Shown in pieces: positions 1-12,134 of a stretch of 56,481 nucleotides of DNA (the stretch's first letter is position 1; every line of letters starts with the position of its first letter). The stretch comes from Halocafeteria seosinensis (Eukaryota): contig LVLI01000215.1 of NCBI GenBank assembly GCA_001687465.1, forward strand, positions 1-56,481, read 5' to 3'. Below the pieces are notes generated by a model. The model was not told the DNA's origin and did no database searches. It worked only from the letters and a program-made list of their open reading frames with translations. A program made the position numbers and the translations under genes.

Positions 1-233
1 TTGATCCAATTAGTGCGAGGGAATGCTACGTTGACATCCCCTAATCAATGGCATTTTATAATATCATTAAACTGCAGGGCATTGAAGAAAAGATTGCTGC
101 GTCTCAGAGACACAAGTTACCCCTGGCAATGTTCTACCATATTAGTTGCATCGTGGAGCACCAAATAACATGAAGGTTCGTTATCTTCCATATCTCGTCC
201 ATTCTAACACCTTCAACGCATAGACGCGAGACA

Positions 234-1506
234 ATGGCGAACGCCGACAGGGACGGTGGTGCGGCTACCAGTACTGTCGACGGCAGGAGTGCTGTACCGA
301 ATGAAACATACTCCTGTCCATCATGGTGTCGTGCAGGAGTTATTGGCCCCATCCTTCTACCGATATTGGTTTGTGTGGTGGTTCTAGTGGACTCGACCGT
401 GTTCTACTTGGATAGGTCAGTCGAGTGGAGGCTTCCAACCTTGGTCAACGCTAGCTCACCACAACGTCGAATCATAAATACCAGTTTGGAAGGGGTGAGA
501 ATGCCGTTGGAGGACACCAAGAGTAGAAATATCAGTCAAAGAGGTAAGCGTCAACACACGGAATTCAACTGCTCCCAACACTGATGCGCTGTAGCACACG
601 GAAAATGATGCAGATGAAGCCGTGCAACAACAGCCAAGGCACCCTCAGGGGCTTGTTGGCACGGTTAGTTCTTTGGGCAACACTAAAGCTCACCAGAGTG
701 GAAGTGGGGAATCGAACCCCGTGGATACTTGCAAACGGAAAATAATGTACTTCTTGCACGTCCATAAAGCAGGCGGGACTACGCTGTGCAAACTTGCGTC
801 TCAGAATGGACTTCGAACTGCAAAGAAGAATTGCAATGTCTTCGTATCCCATAAAGTGCCATGCTGTGGCAAAACGATAGCAGAACAAAGGAAATTTGCT
901 GCGACGACTGAGTATGATATTGTGGCCAATGAGAAGTATATGCCTGATGAACTGGATTACGGTTGTTTCCAATATGTTACTGTTTTGCGTGATCCCCGTG
1001 ATCGTTACGTCTCACATTATCTTTTTGCGAGAGATGTCTTCTTTGGAGAGAAGCGCATGGGAAAATTTGCAGATTGGGTTACTCACCAGCCTGATAACTA
1101 CCTGCTCAGAGTCATATGCGGTGAGAGTTGCAAGTCTATTCCCAGAGGTCAACTAAACCATACCCATTTAGAGTTCGCAAAGGAGCGCCTTGAACGCTTC
1201 AGCGCTGTTTTAATATTGGAAAATCTGGATGACGGTTTGGCGATTATGCAAAGACGATTTGGGTGGAAAACGGGAACCGCTAAACCGATAAATCGTGGTA
1301 AGAGCCCGGATAAAGGAGAATTACAGCAGACAGCTCGGAGGAAGGAATTCAGTGACTTGGTAACATGGGATATGGAATTGTACGCGTACGGACGGTACCT
1401 TAGTGAACGCCAAGTCCAAGAATCGTCTACGCGGCAACAGTACGTGGCGAAGAACGCGAAGTGCACGAGTAGTTGTTGCTCACCTAAGTGCAGCCAGTTC
1501 CGGTAG
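234..1506 (+). CDS. Golgi-type (type II membrane) sulfotransferase, Sulfotransfer_2-like; probably two exons (234-543, 614-1506)
   Basis: PAPS-binding motifs YFLHVHKAGGTTL and YVTVLRDPRDRYVSHY in ORF 622-1506. Hydrophobic anchor (VIGPILLPILVCVVVLV) in upstream ORF 234-584. Donor GTAAGC at 544 with an in-frame CAG acceptor at 611-613; the acceptor choice is uncertain. Confidence 0.8.
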
Positions 1507-2166
1507 AGGGAGCATAGTTCCCACCACCGGAGTCCATCGCCAGCAGAAAAGGGTGGTAAGCGAGGGACAGTTTAATGCTCCGACTGCGAAGATCATCCTC
1601 GCTTTGGATTCTACGGTATGGGTTTTTCGATTTTTCTCTATATTTGGGTCACTTGTGAACACTGTATGTACCTGGTACTGGTAATGTGGAACTTCTTGTA
1701 GTCTGTAGCTACCATCCTGATATTGATACCCAAGCTTTCTAAAGAGAAAACCTTTAAAAGCACTGCCATATCGTTCATTTGCTGCTGAATCCAAGTGAAG
1801 AGGCCAAAGCGACGCGGCCCACTACGGTCCGTATTGGAACGGCGAGGGACTGGATAGGAAGCGTACCGACACAATACTTTGCCTATTAATAGAGTGACAC
1901 ACAATATGAGAGCTCAAAATGTCGTGGCCTTCTTCGCAAGAAGGTTGGAGGCGTTGAATGTGAACGAGGGAGTTGAGGTACTTCACAGAAAAGAAAACTC
2001 TCATCGATAACCAAAGCTGATTATCCACAAAGCGCATGGTGTGTTAATACACACAAGGTGTACGAAATAAACATACTGAAACGTTTTCGAAGTTCTCCCG
2101 TTTGATGTTTTAACTCTGCATGGAGGCGCAAAGAACTGTGGGTTGTTGAAGCGACCATCCAACATC

Positions 2167-5100
2167 ATGGAGTCAATTAAGTCTGCTGCTTCATTCAATG
2201 CAAATACAGAAGCTCCGTTTCCTCCGCAAGAGGCGGATGATCTTGTCCAGCAAGTGAATAAAGACGTCTGGAGAACAGTCGAGGTTCCGAACTATGAAGA
2301 GGTCAACCCTTACCACCACTTTAAAGCCCTGGACTCCAGCGATCCCCGTCGATACAACATCCATTTTCGTGATGGTCTTCGCCTTTTGAGTGAAGTACAG
2401 CCGCGCAAAGAATATCAGGCAGATTGTAACTTCTGTCATTCACCCTATGGAAGCTACCTCTACGAATCCCATGCAGAACGCCTTCAGCCGGAAGATTATG
2501 ACGCTTTGCTAGACAGTGGGTGGCTCCGTATCGGACAGTTTCTGGAGCAGCCTATATGCGAAAAGTCGTGCTGTCCAAGCATCCCCATTCGCTTGGATGT
2601 CACACAATTTCAGGCGGCCAAACGGCACAAACAGGTTCTCAATCGCATGCAAGCGTACATGGACGGAAGGAGACCTATCCTTAAAACCAAGCGGGAGTCG
2701 GCAACAGGACCAACAACAGCTCACAGAGGATTGACAAATACCGGTGCTTGTTGTGGCACTCGAAGGAAGCGAACAAATAATCGTGGTGAACTACTTCAGA
2801 CTATCCACTTAACCTTGCGAAGTGCGTTGGAACTTCTTGGAAGAGCAAGGACCTCTGTGTCTGATTATTGCCCGTCGGAGTTACACAACGAGGATGTCAT
2901 CATTGATAGCATCGTCCAGGGACTGCAGCTATGGCACGAAAACTCCGATGAAGTTATCCACAAGATGAATGAAAAATCATATTGCTCCCATACTCCCGCC
3001 GAAATCCGTAAACAGCATGAGTACCTAGTATCCTCTCCTGTGCCGCTACAGTTAGCGCAAGCAATCGTAAGACTGGACAAAGACATTTTCATCGACAATC
3101 ACTTCCTGAGCACACTCCGTTTGGCAATGGCTGAGACCTTGTGTAACTGGATTAATGTGAATGCAGTATGTGCCAGAGTATTTCAATGCTCTGTAAGTTC
3201 TCCTGGCTATTTGAACTTCGCCCTCCGCAAGGGCCACAACGGTTCTCTAGAACACGCGAATGCAGTAGCTTCGGATGTTTACCCTGAAGTATTTAGACAA
3301 TTTAGAGCTGTTACCGGTCCCGAAGTACCTGCAATGCCACTAGATGAAAATGCCAGAAACACGTTTTCCTCAGATTCTGAGGGAAGTGAACCAAGGCAGT
3401 TCTACGGCAGCGATTGCTCTCGGAGTGCTTCAGGTGTGCAGTCTTGTCTCTCCGACAATCCACAGATGTACAACTACACGAAATTGCAAAACGACCACTT
3501 CTCGAAGTATGGAGACGGTTATAAACACACTCTTGCTGTCCGACTTACGAGACCGTACTTCACCGATGCCCATTTGGAACTCTACGTTCGGTTCAACACC
3601 GAAGTTCACGATATGGACGAGGAGCAGGATTGGAAACGCTTTTTCATGTTACATTTGGTTAACTCCCCACTTGTCTTCCGTCCAGCCATCAACCCACAGG
3701 GAAACGCAGCAGGCGATACAGCAAGCTCGTCTGTCAGTTGTAGCCGTCCATCTCAAACGAAGGGTTTTCGTCGGGGTCGGTATCGTTGCTCAGCAAGATG
3801 TCTAAGACATCATTTACAGTGGAAGGGCAGAGACATGATTTGGGATGATTGGGAACAGTATCTGAGTTTCACACCTGCTCATCTGATTCACCTCTTGACT
3901 TATATGAGGCACCGGAGAAGCGTCACCTGTTCCCACTCGTCTCTTAACAAAATTAACGATTGCTTAAGTATGCCGCCGTCGTACAGACCGCGTCGACGAG
4001 AGGGAGTTCGCTGGACACATGGGATGGAAGGAACGTCCAAATTTAATTTGTTATATCGATTGTTTGCAGACAATGAGTGGCGCTCTCCTCCGATGAGACA
4101 CCCACCAGGAGATTTTGATTCGGACGATAAGCCTTTAGAGCGGTTTCTCTGTTTAAGAGCACGGTACTTGCAATTTTTAGAGGAAAGCTGTCCAAGTGTA
4201 CTTCCATCGGCCGCATATGTCACGTCGGTATTACAGGAAGCGTGGGATAGTGTATATGTTCCCGACAGTCTGCAACTGCCATCCTTCGAAGAACTAGTTC
4301 AGGCTTGTGAAGACGTGTCACATGGTATACGCAAGATGGAAATCGGGATCGCAGCTCACAAGAAGTTGAACAATTATCACAAGAACATTGTTAGAACAAA
4401 TTGTATCAAACAAAATGACTACGCAGATGGCAGAACTATGTTAGACAAGTATCTTGCCAGGGATTGTCACGGCAATGAACGTAACGCAGAAACTGACGGA
4501 TGGGATCTTCGTATGGGATATGGCACTTTTTTCCACGAGTGAGTGTTGAATTGGACCTCCTGAGCTTTAATTATTGACATTGTTGACTGTGCGTATCGCA
4601 GATATTGGTTGGATGGCTTCCTTGTGTGTGTTTCTGTGCTGGACATTCTGCCGACCAGAGTAGCCTCAGTCTATTGTTTCTATAATCCGGATTTGCGCCA
4701 TATGGAATGGGGTAAGGATTTGATAAGACTCCCGGAGTGTATTGGTCGTAATAGTTCAGCTTTGCGCTCAACTTTTTATTGCAGGGAAGTATACGGCACT
4801 TACAGAGATTTACTGGGCTCAAAAAGCAGCAGAACACTCACCAATCCTTAGATATGTCGACATGAATCACTACGTCCACCGGTGTGGTAAAATGAACTAC
4901 AAAAGATCGTACTGTCCTTCTGAGTTGAAGTGTCCCTACTCTTTGAAATGGGTTCCGATGGACGAGGCTCTACCACGGTTGGACGCCGACGTCCATGCTT
5001 CACTGTATCCGGAAGGAAAATACCTAAAGGAACAGACACTAGCGCAATACGAGCAGTTAGCTCCAGAGTTGATCCCATCACTATGTTTACGTGAGCTGAA

Positions 5101-5413
5101 TTCGTTTCGAAAGACCAGAAGACTCCAGCTCTCGTTGCCTTGCTCAGCTGTTTTCAATAGGAGCTTCTATATTTCCTGGGATGGATTGTCCTCCGCTTAC
5201 AGAGAAACTTTGTTTCACGCAATTGTCGAGTGGGTCCAGCGCGTCGGCCCAGAGCTTGCAAAAAGGATTCTTGTTGATCCCTCGTATCTCATTGCCCAGC
5301 GTGGTCTGTCCACAGACAGGAAATCGATTAATGAAGAAGGCTCGACAGGAAGACGATTGCGCAAGGTAACGATGTTCTTACGTGCATTTAAGCGCACCAG
5401 ATCCAACAACTGA
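2167..5413 (+). CDS. ATE1: Arginyl-tRNA-protein transferase, copy 1 (~1036 aa); exons 2167-4538, 4602-4711, 4785-5413
   Basis: ATE_N motifs CNFC, YDALLDSGWLRIG, CCPSIPIRLDV. ATE_C motifs GYGTFFHEYWLDG, VLDILP, SVYCFYNPD, GKYTALTEI, HRCGKMNYK. GT-AG introns 4539-4601 and 4712-4784 join the ORFs in frame. Confidence 0.9.
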
Positions 5414-6927
5414 ATTCTTCATGAATACATATGTACCAGCCCCAGTCTTTCTTGAAAATTCCACGCACTCATGTACAAGAGACGACCCTCAGCCGTAATG
5501 CATACCGGTAAATACATAAGCTACAATTGCGTGACAGTAACTGCAGGGTGGGTGAAGGAAATGCATAGAAATGGATCCAAGGAATCAAGAAGCCGCCATT
5601 CGACTAGGGATATCGACCTGGTTTAACCACACACAACAATTTCCAGTGTATATTAGTATTGCTCCTACCTGAAGACGAGTAAACCCATGTATACCGCATG
5701 TCCTACTACCCCTTCCCGGGGTAAGCATGGGCAAGACATCCATGGATCATTACACACAGGCGCGCGTACACCCAAATAACTTCATAAAACGTTCAATGAC
5801 TTGTTGCTTAGTCTTTTTTCTGTTTTGTGTGCCTTCTTCTTAGTTCGCTCTTCCGTCTGGCTACAATAAAAGAAGGTTCGGTAAGTTGGGCATGTTCCCC
5901 CTAATCCATTCATTCTCCCCGTGAATGTACTACAGAGTACAGACTGTGAGTACCGTTGTATACCGTAGACGGAAATTCCAGGAACTTTCATTGGTTATCT
6001 ATTTTACCATCCCTTTGACGTACAACTGAGTTGGTCCATTCCTGATTCCTCGCTCGCAGCAACGAGGCTTTATCATATCATGAAGCTCTCCTTCTCTAGC
6101 TCAAAATACAGTATGCCCCTTCATCCCAGAAATAAGACCCTCGCTGTCTTTCGTATCGTATAGCTCATCAAACTCGTGTCTATCTGCCGTTTCGCCGTCG
6201 ACGGCACGGAACTTCGTGACAGAAGTCACCATCGCCGAAGCCAAGATCTTGTTTACGGCTTGACTCGTCACAACCCGACACAGGCACACACACTGGAGAT
6301 ACTAGTACACGCTGGAATGGCTTGAAACGTACTAGTCGCTTGACTCACTGACCTGCATTGCTAGCGAGCAGACCGGCTGACCGGCATCGCACCCTATAAA
6401 TCCATGCTCAGTGGTGAAGAACCGAAGAACACCCTATCAGGGCGGCCATCCATTATGGCTCACTGTTTCCTGGAGGGAGAAATTCCTTTTTGCACCTACT
6501 TGAGCTACTGTCTCTATTACTGCTCATCGCTTACAGCGACTTTTTCAAGGATGACGAGCATGAACGCCATTTGGACGGCTCTCGAACTAACCTGTATCTT
6601 AAGACAACCACGCCAATTGCATAAAATGGTGTAAAGCACACTATACTCAGTTGTGGTCAACTGTTGTTGTACTTGAACTAAATTGTAAAGCCTAGAATTC
6701 ATTTTCAGACTGTAGCACCATAGGAGCCGGAAAGAATTATGTGATTCTAACAGCAAGGAGACCATGCGGTACGTGTTGCATTGAGCACAGACGCCACAAT
6801 GAACTCGCTCCGTTGTAACGAGGGAGCTACTCTTATTAACACTGGATCGGGACCACTGGTTACAGAAAATAGCGCATACCATTAAGTTTCATGTTGCAAC
6901 CCACGCCGAGACGCTGAGCTTAGTGGT

Positions 6928-7977
6928 TTACATGCTGCTCCCCTTTGGTTTGCTACCATATACCAAATACAGATTTGCGAAGCGATGAAACTCCCAGTCC
7001 TCTCTGTCCACAGAGACTTGGAATTTATGATTCCTCAAAATGGCTTGGATCTTTGCCAGCGAATCATCTTCGTCGTGAACTTCTACAACCACATTTTCAA
7101 TGAGGCTGAACGTAGCATCATCAATGCCACGAAGAACTTGCAGCTCTGACCCTTCGACATCAACTTTGAGTAGATCAATCGCCCGCGACGTTGCACGGAT
7201 CTCATTATCTAGGAGCCATTGCAGCGATACCATCTCGCACGTGACTTTATGTGCTCCTTGAATCATGAACGGCAACGTGTGATACAAAGAATAGCACCAG
7301 TTCCGGATATCTTTGAAACATGATGGCTCCTCTCCTTTTTTGTTAAATGCTTTTCTAAAGTCTCTATTGAACGCACTAAGCCATTCTCGTACACCAATTT
7401 CACTGTCATTGTTATTCTGAGAGGAGGAGCCAGACTTTGTAGCACTATCCACGATTCCTTGGGCTGAAGTCGCTCCCGAAGCAAATCCGAGATTCACGTT
7501 GAACTGGGCTTGCGTTTTCTCTCGACAATCTGATAGACCGTACTGATACACATGTACGTCACTCAAATGAGCGACATTATGTCTTAGTAGTTCTGCACTT
7601 TCCGGTATTGGCTCCACGGCGTGGACAATGGCTTGAGGCCACTTCCACTTCACATAGCGGGTAAAAAATCCCACATTGGCCCCAATATCCAGTATTAAGG
7701 GCTTTCCCCGTTCAATGGAGATGCCTTTGCGAAAATGCGATTCGGAATTGAAAGTCTCGTACGAGAGAAACAGAGCCTCCGCTGGGTTAAACACCCGAAT
7801 ACGTCCGCAAGGCGTCTCCATGTCCTGCGTCGATGGCGGCGCCTTTCTGCGTAGTGTCTTCACCACTAGTACAGCAATCAGCCATCCAACGCCCACGAAG
7901 AAAACGAACTTGATGACGCCGAATGCAGTAGATCCTTCTGTAAAGGAGCCAAGACTATCCTCCCCGGCGGACATCAT
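6928..7977 (-). CDS. FkbM-family SAM-dependent methyltransferase with N-terminal membrane anchor
   Basis: ILDIGANVGFF, VHAVEPIP and IDLLKVDVEGSELQVLRG motifs; hydrophobic N-terminal segment; single 349-aa ORF. Confidence 0.88.
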   Translation of the reverse strand: MMSAGEDSLGSFTEGSTAFGVIKFVFFVGVGWLIAVLVVKTLRRKAPPSTQDMETPCGRIRVFNPAEALFLSYETFNSESHFRKGISIERGKPLILDIGANVGFFTRYVKWKWPQAIVHAVEPIPESAELLRHNVAHLSDVHVYQYGLSDCREKTQAQFNVNLGFASGATSAQGIVDSATKSGSSSQNNNDSEIGVREWLSAFNRDFRKAFNKKGEEPSCFKDIRNWCYSLYHTLPFMIQGAHKVTCEMVSLQWLLDNEIRATSRAIDLLKVDVEGSELQVLRGIDDATFSLIENVVVEVHDEDDSLAKIQAILRNHKFQVSVDREDWEFHRFANLYLVYGSKPKGSSM

Positions 7978-8712
7978 ACTCCCCTCTTGATATCAGTCTG
8001 TAGTCGTCGTCACGAACAGATGGACGCTCAGTTTAGCACATTGCCGTATTCATAGATAAAGTAGTCTCCACAAAAATTACGATACTCTTGTTTGTTGGTT
8101 TGCGAATACCTACCTACCTACAATTGTAGTAATCCGTCTCGACTTCACAGACTTAAGAACTTGGTTACTTGAAGTACCTTACTTCGAATGCCGTGATGAT
8201 GCATCGGGGGCATATCGTCAGCGGAAGTAGTCGAAAAAAAATAGCGAAGTTTCATGCAGACTGGAAGAAAAGAAAAGAAAAGAAACTCAAACTTAGGAAC
8301 TGAGGGGGTTTGCCGTGTAACCCATTGGTTCTACAAGTGTTGTACATGATTCTTTGGTTACGCTTAATGAATTACGCCCGCCCATTGACTGATGTTAACA
8401 TTCCATCCATCCACCAAACACTGTTTTCTCTTCCAAACTCGCGTCGGAACAAAACTGATTCCTTTCCGTTGTGACCGGGTTCCGAGTCGAACTTCCGATA
8501 TTGGTAGCACAAGTCGTCGTTGAAGTTGGGATGGTGCGACAGCGGTGCAGCTTGCAAGTGATTCAGGAATTTCAGGTTTATAAGCGGTATTGACTGTGAC
8601 TGAGATTGTTTGTCAAGCTCTGCACCCTCCTGAGGTCTTTGTGCATTGCATGTGCGAGTGTGCGTTGTAGCTAGTTCGTGTTTTTGTCTGAAAGGAGCAG
8701 TGAAGAGAAAGA

Positions 8713-11700
8713 ATGTCCTTTGCCCCCCGAGCTTCCTGCCCATCCGAGGCCTCGTATCCTCCACAAGAGGCGCTTCGGTTGATCGAGCAAGTGAATAGGG
8801 AAAATATGGAGACTCTGGAAGTGCCCGAGTACAAGGAAGCCAACCCTTACTACCATTTTGACACGTTCCAGGGCAGTGATTCCCCTGGATACAACTTAGA
8901 TTTTCGTGATGGAATTCGTCTTTTGACTGAATTGCAGCCTCATCGAGAGTATCAGTCAGAATGTGCCTACTGCAAGCGCCCCGGGAACACTGACCGCTAT
9001 GCGTATGGGTCCATCGCGGAGCGCCTTCAGCCTGGTGATTATGAAGCGTTCTTGGAAGGTGGCTGGATGAGAAGTGGGCGATTTTTGTACTTGCCCATAT
9101 GTGAAAAAGCGTGCTGTCCAAACATACCCATTCGTTTGGATGTCACACAATTTCAGGCCGCCAAACGGCACAAACAGGTCCTCAGTCGAATGCAAGCGTA
9201 CATGGAAGGGAGACGACCAATTTTCAAGAAGACACCACACGAAGCATCCTCAGGCCAGCAACCGGATGTACGAATGAGTAACAGTAACATAAATAGTGAT
9301 AATAGCAAAGTTCCTTCTGTTACTTCAGCAGTGGGAAGCAGCTCCAAGGATGACAATTGTTTGCTACGAACAATTGATTTGACCCTGCGAAATGCGTTGA
9401 AACTAATCGGCCGAACTAGAACGTCCGTGACCAACTTCATCTCCACGGAAGCACACCGAAAAAAACCAATCATTGATGGTATCATCGAGAGCCTTCAACT
9501 ATGGGACGAAGGCTCGAGTGGACTCATTCATAAGATGAATGAAAAATTATATTGCTCTAGTGCTCCCGCCAAAATGCGGAAAAAGTATGGATATCAAGTG
9601 TCCTCTCCAGTTCCGCTCCAATTAGCCCAAGCAGTCGTAAAACACAACGAGACCCTATCAAACGACAAACAGTTTCTGAGTTCTCTGCGGCTAGCAACAG
9701 CCGAGATTTTGTGCAACTGGATTAATTCGAATGCTATATGTGCCAGAGTGTTTCAATGTTGCATTAGTTCTCCTGGCTATCTAAACATTACTTTCCACGA
9801 AAATCGGCAGCATACTTCTCAGGAAGAAGCAACAGCAATTGCTTCGGAAGTATACCCTGAAGTACTGAGCCGGTTTAGATCCATGACAGGATGTGATGAT
9901 CCTGCAATGCCCCACGCGCAAAATGGGGCTAACGGCAACTCGCAGTTTCCGAGAGGCTCACGACGAGACGCCTACGACACCTGTGAATCGGAGCGACAAG
10001 ATACTTTCGGGGTCCATACTTCTCCCTCTAACACGCCGTTGATGTACAACTATACGAAATTCCAAAAGGAGCATTTTGCAAAATATGGAGAGGGGTATAA
10101 GCATACCCTGGCCGTCCGACTCACCAGACCGTATTTTACGGAAGCCCATCTGGAACTATACGTCCGATACAATACTGAGATACACGAGACAGAAGGAAAG
10201 GAGCAGTCAAAGACTTCTTTTATGAGACATTTGGTCAATTCTCCTATCGTCTTCACGCCGGCACTCACTCGAGCAGGCGACTCAGTTGTAACGACCTCGT
10301 GGCCTCCAGCTCATGATAGGTCGTATCACACATCGACTCCAGCGTGCAGCGCTCATCATCCTTTAGATCTATACCAACCAGCACGTGATGCCAGGCCTCA
10401 GTTACATTGGAAGGGAAGAGACCTGGCATGGGATAATTGGGAGAACTATTTGAGTTTCACGCCTGCTCATCTTGTTCATTTTCTAGCTCACATGAGGCAA
10501 CGGACAAGAACAGAATCTTCCTCATCATCATCAGATCACGAAGAAGATAGCTGTCTTGACATTCCTCCCTCATACCGACCGCGTCGGCGTGAGACACGGT
10601 GGACACATGGGCTAGAAGAGAGTTCTACATTCAATCTGATGCACAGGCTGTTTGCAGAAAGTGAATTTCACTCATCAGATGTGGAGCATCGACCAGACGA
10701 CTTCGACTCGGACGACAAACCTTTGGAGCGCTTTTTCTGCCTGAGAGCAAGATACCTGCAACTGTTGGAGAGAAGCTTCCTTCGTTTAATTTCCTCGGCG
10801 ACCTACAATGCTCCGTTACTACAGGAGGCGTGGGAAAGTGTATATGTTCCTGACAGTCTGCAACTTCCCTCGTTCAAAGAACTAATTAAAGCATGTGAAG
10901 ATGTGTCGCACGGTATGCGCAAAGTGGAAATGGGTATCGCAGCTCACAGGAACTTGGCCAATTCTCACATGGATAATGTTCGAACTAATTATGTAAAGCG
11001 AACTGATTACGCAGATGGCCGAGATATGCTAGACAAGTATCTTGCTAGGGATTGTCATGGCAATGAGCGTACTGCAGAAACTGATGGATGGGACCTCCGG
11101 ATGGGATATGGTACATTCTTCCAAGAGTGAGTACTATGCTGAGTTGGACTTTGTATTTGTTGCTTCGCCATTGTCGAATGTGGGTATCGCAGATACTGGT
11201 TGGATGGGTTTCTGGTGTGTGTTTCTGTACTGGACATTCTACCGACCCGATTGGCTTCGGTTTATTGCTTCTATAATCCAGATTTGCGCCATATGGAATG
11301 GGGTAAGGATCGGTGACTCACCAGTTTTAGTGTGCATTACACCTCTGACTTTGAGTGTCATTCGTCCTGTTTTGCTGCAGGAAAGTATACGGCGCTGACT
11401 GAAATTTACTGGACTCAAAGAGCAGCAGAGCACTCACCAATCCTCAGATATGTGGATATGAACTACTATGTTCACCGATGTGGGAGGATGAACTACAAAA
11501 GATCTTACTGTCCTTCGGAGTTAAAGTGTCCGTATTCGTTGAAATGGGTCCCGGGGGAAGAGGCGCTACCACGGTTGGACAACGACGACCATGCTTCCTT
11601 GTATCCGGAAGGGAAGCGTATAAAAGCACAGAGGCAAGCTCAATATGAGCAGCTAGCTCCGGATGTCATACCAGAACTATGCTTTTGTAACCCTTCGTCT

Positions 11701-11997
11701 ACGAAATATCCCCACTTGCTTGCTTCGCGGAAAGTGTCACCAACTTGGATCGTGTCTGCGGATTCCTCAGCAGTGGCTCTCAACAGGATCCGATATATTC
11801 CTTGGGAGCGATTTACTGAGCATTACAAGAGTATACTGTCTCCTCGAGTAGTTGACTGGATTCAGCGTGTCAGTCCAGAGCTCGCAAATAGGATCATTGT
11901 TGACCCTTTTGCTCTTGTGTACTATGCGCAAAAAGATGAAGACGAAAAGGAACAGTCAAAACAATCAAGTGAAGGGTCGATGGAGGAAAAGGATTAG
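8713..11997 (+). CDS. ATE1: Arginyl-tRNA-protein transferase, copy 2 (~1046 aa); exons 8713-11126, 11193-11302, 11381-11997
   Basis: CAYC, GWMRSGRFLYLP, CCPNIPIRLDV, GYGTFFQEYWLDG, HRCGRMNYK. Same two intron positions and same 110-nt middle exon as copy 1. Confidence 0.9.
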
Positions 11998-12134
11998 CGC
12001 TGACCTCTTTGCTGTGACTTAAGGGAAACTTCGTGGATGGTCGTACGTTGTTAGGGCCCAGCAAGGACTGCAACGCCAGTAACAAAAAACACAGCAGTAA
12101 TGCAACAGCACTGTATATTGATGATCACCTGGAG

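Noticed and set aside
4540..4542. TGA ending the long ATE1 ORF at the same place in both copies (also 11128-11130), suggesting readthrough or selenocysteine
   Set aside because: It is part of a GTGAGT splice donor; splicing restores E-Y-W-L-D-G.
5420..6900. Short ORFs between ATE1 copy 1 and FkbM (similarly 27230-28120, 43160-44400, 49490-50160)
   Set aside because: No domain motifs or consistent splice pattern; they may be decayed sequence but cannot be supported.
8266..8285. (GAAAA)4 run
   Set aside because: Trivial simple repeat in intergenic DNA.
8372..9121. 249-aa antisense ORF overlapping ATE1 copy 2
   Set aside because: No recognisable motif and not preserved as such in copy 1.
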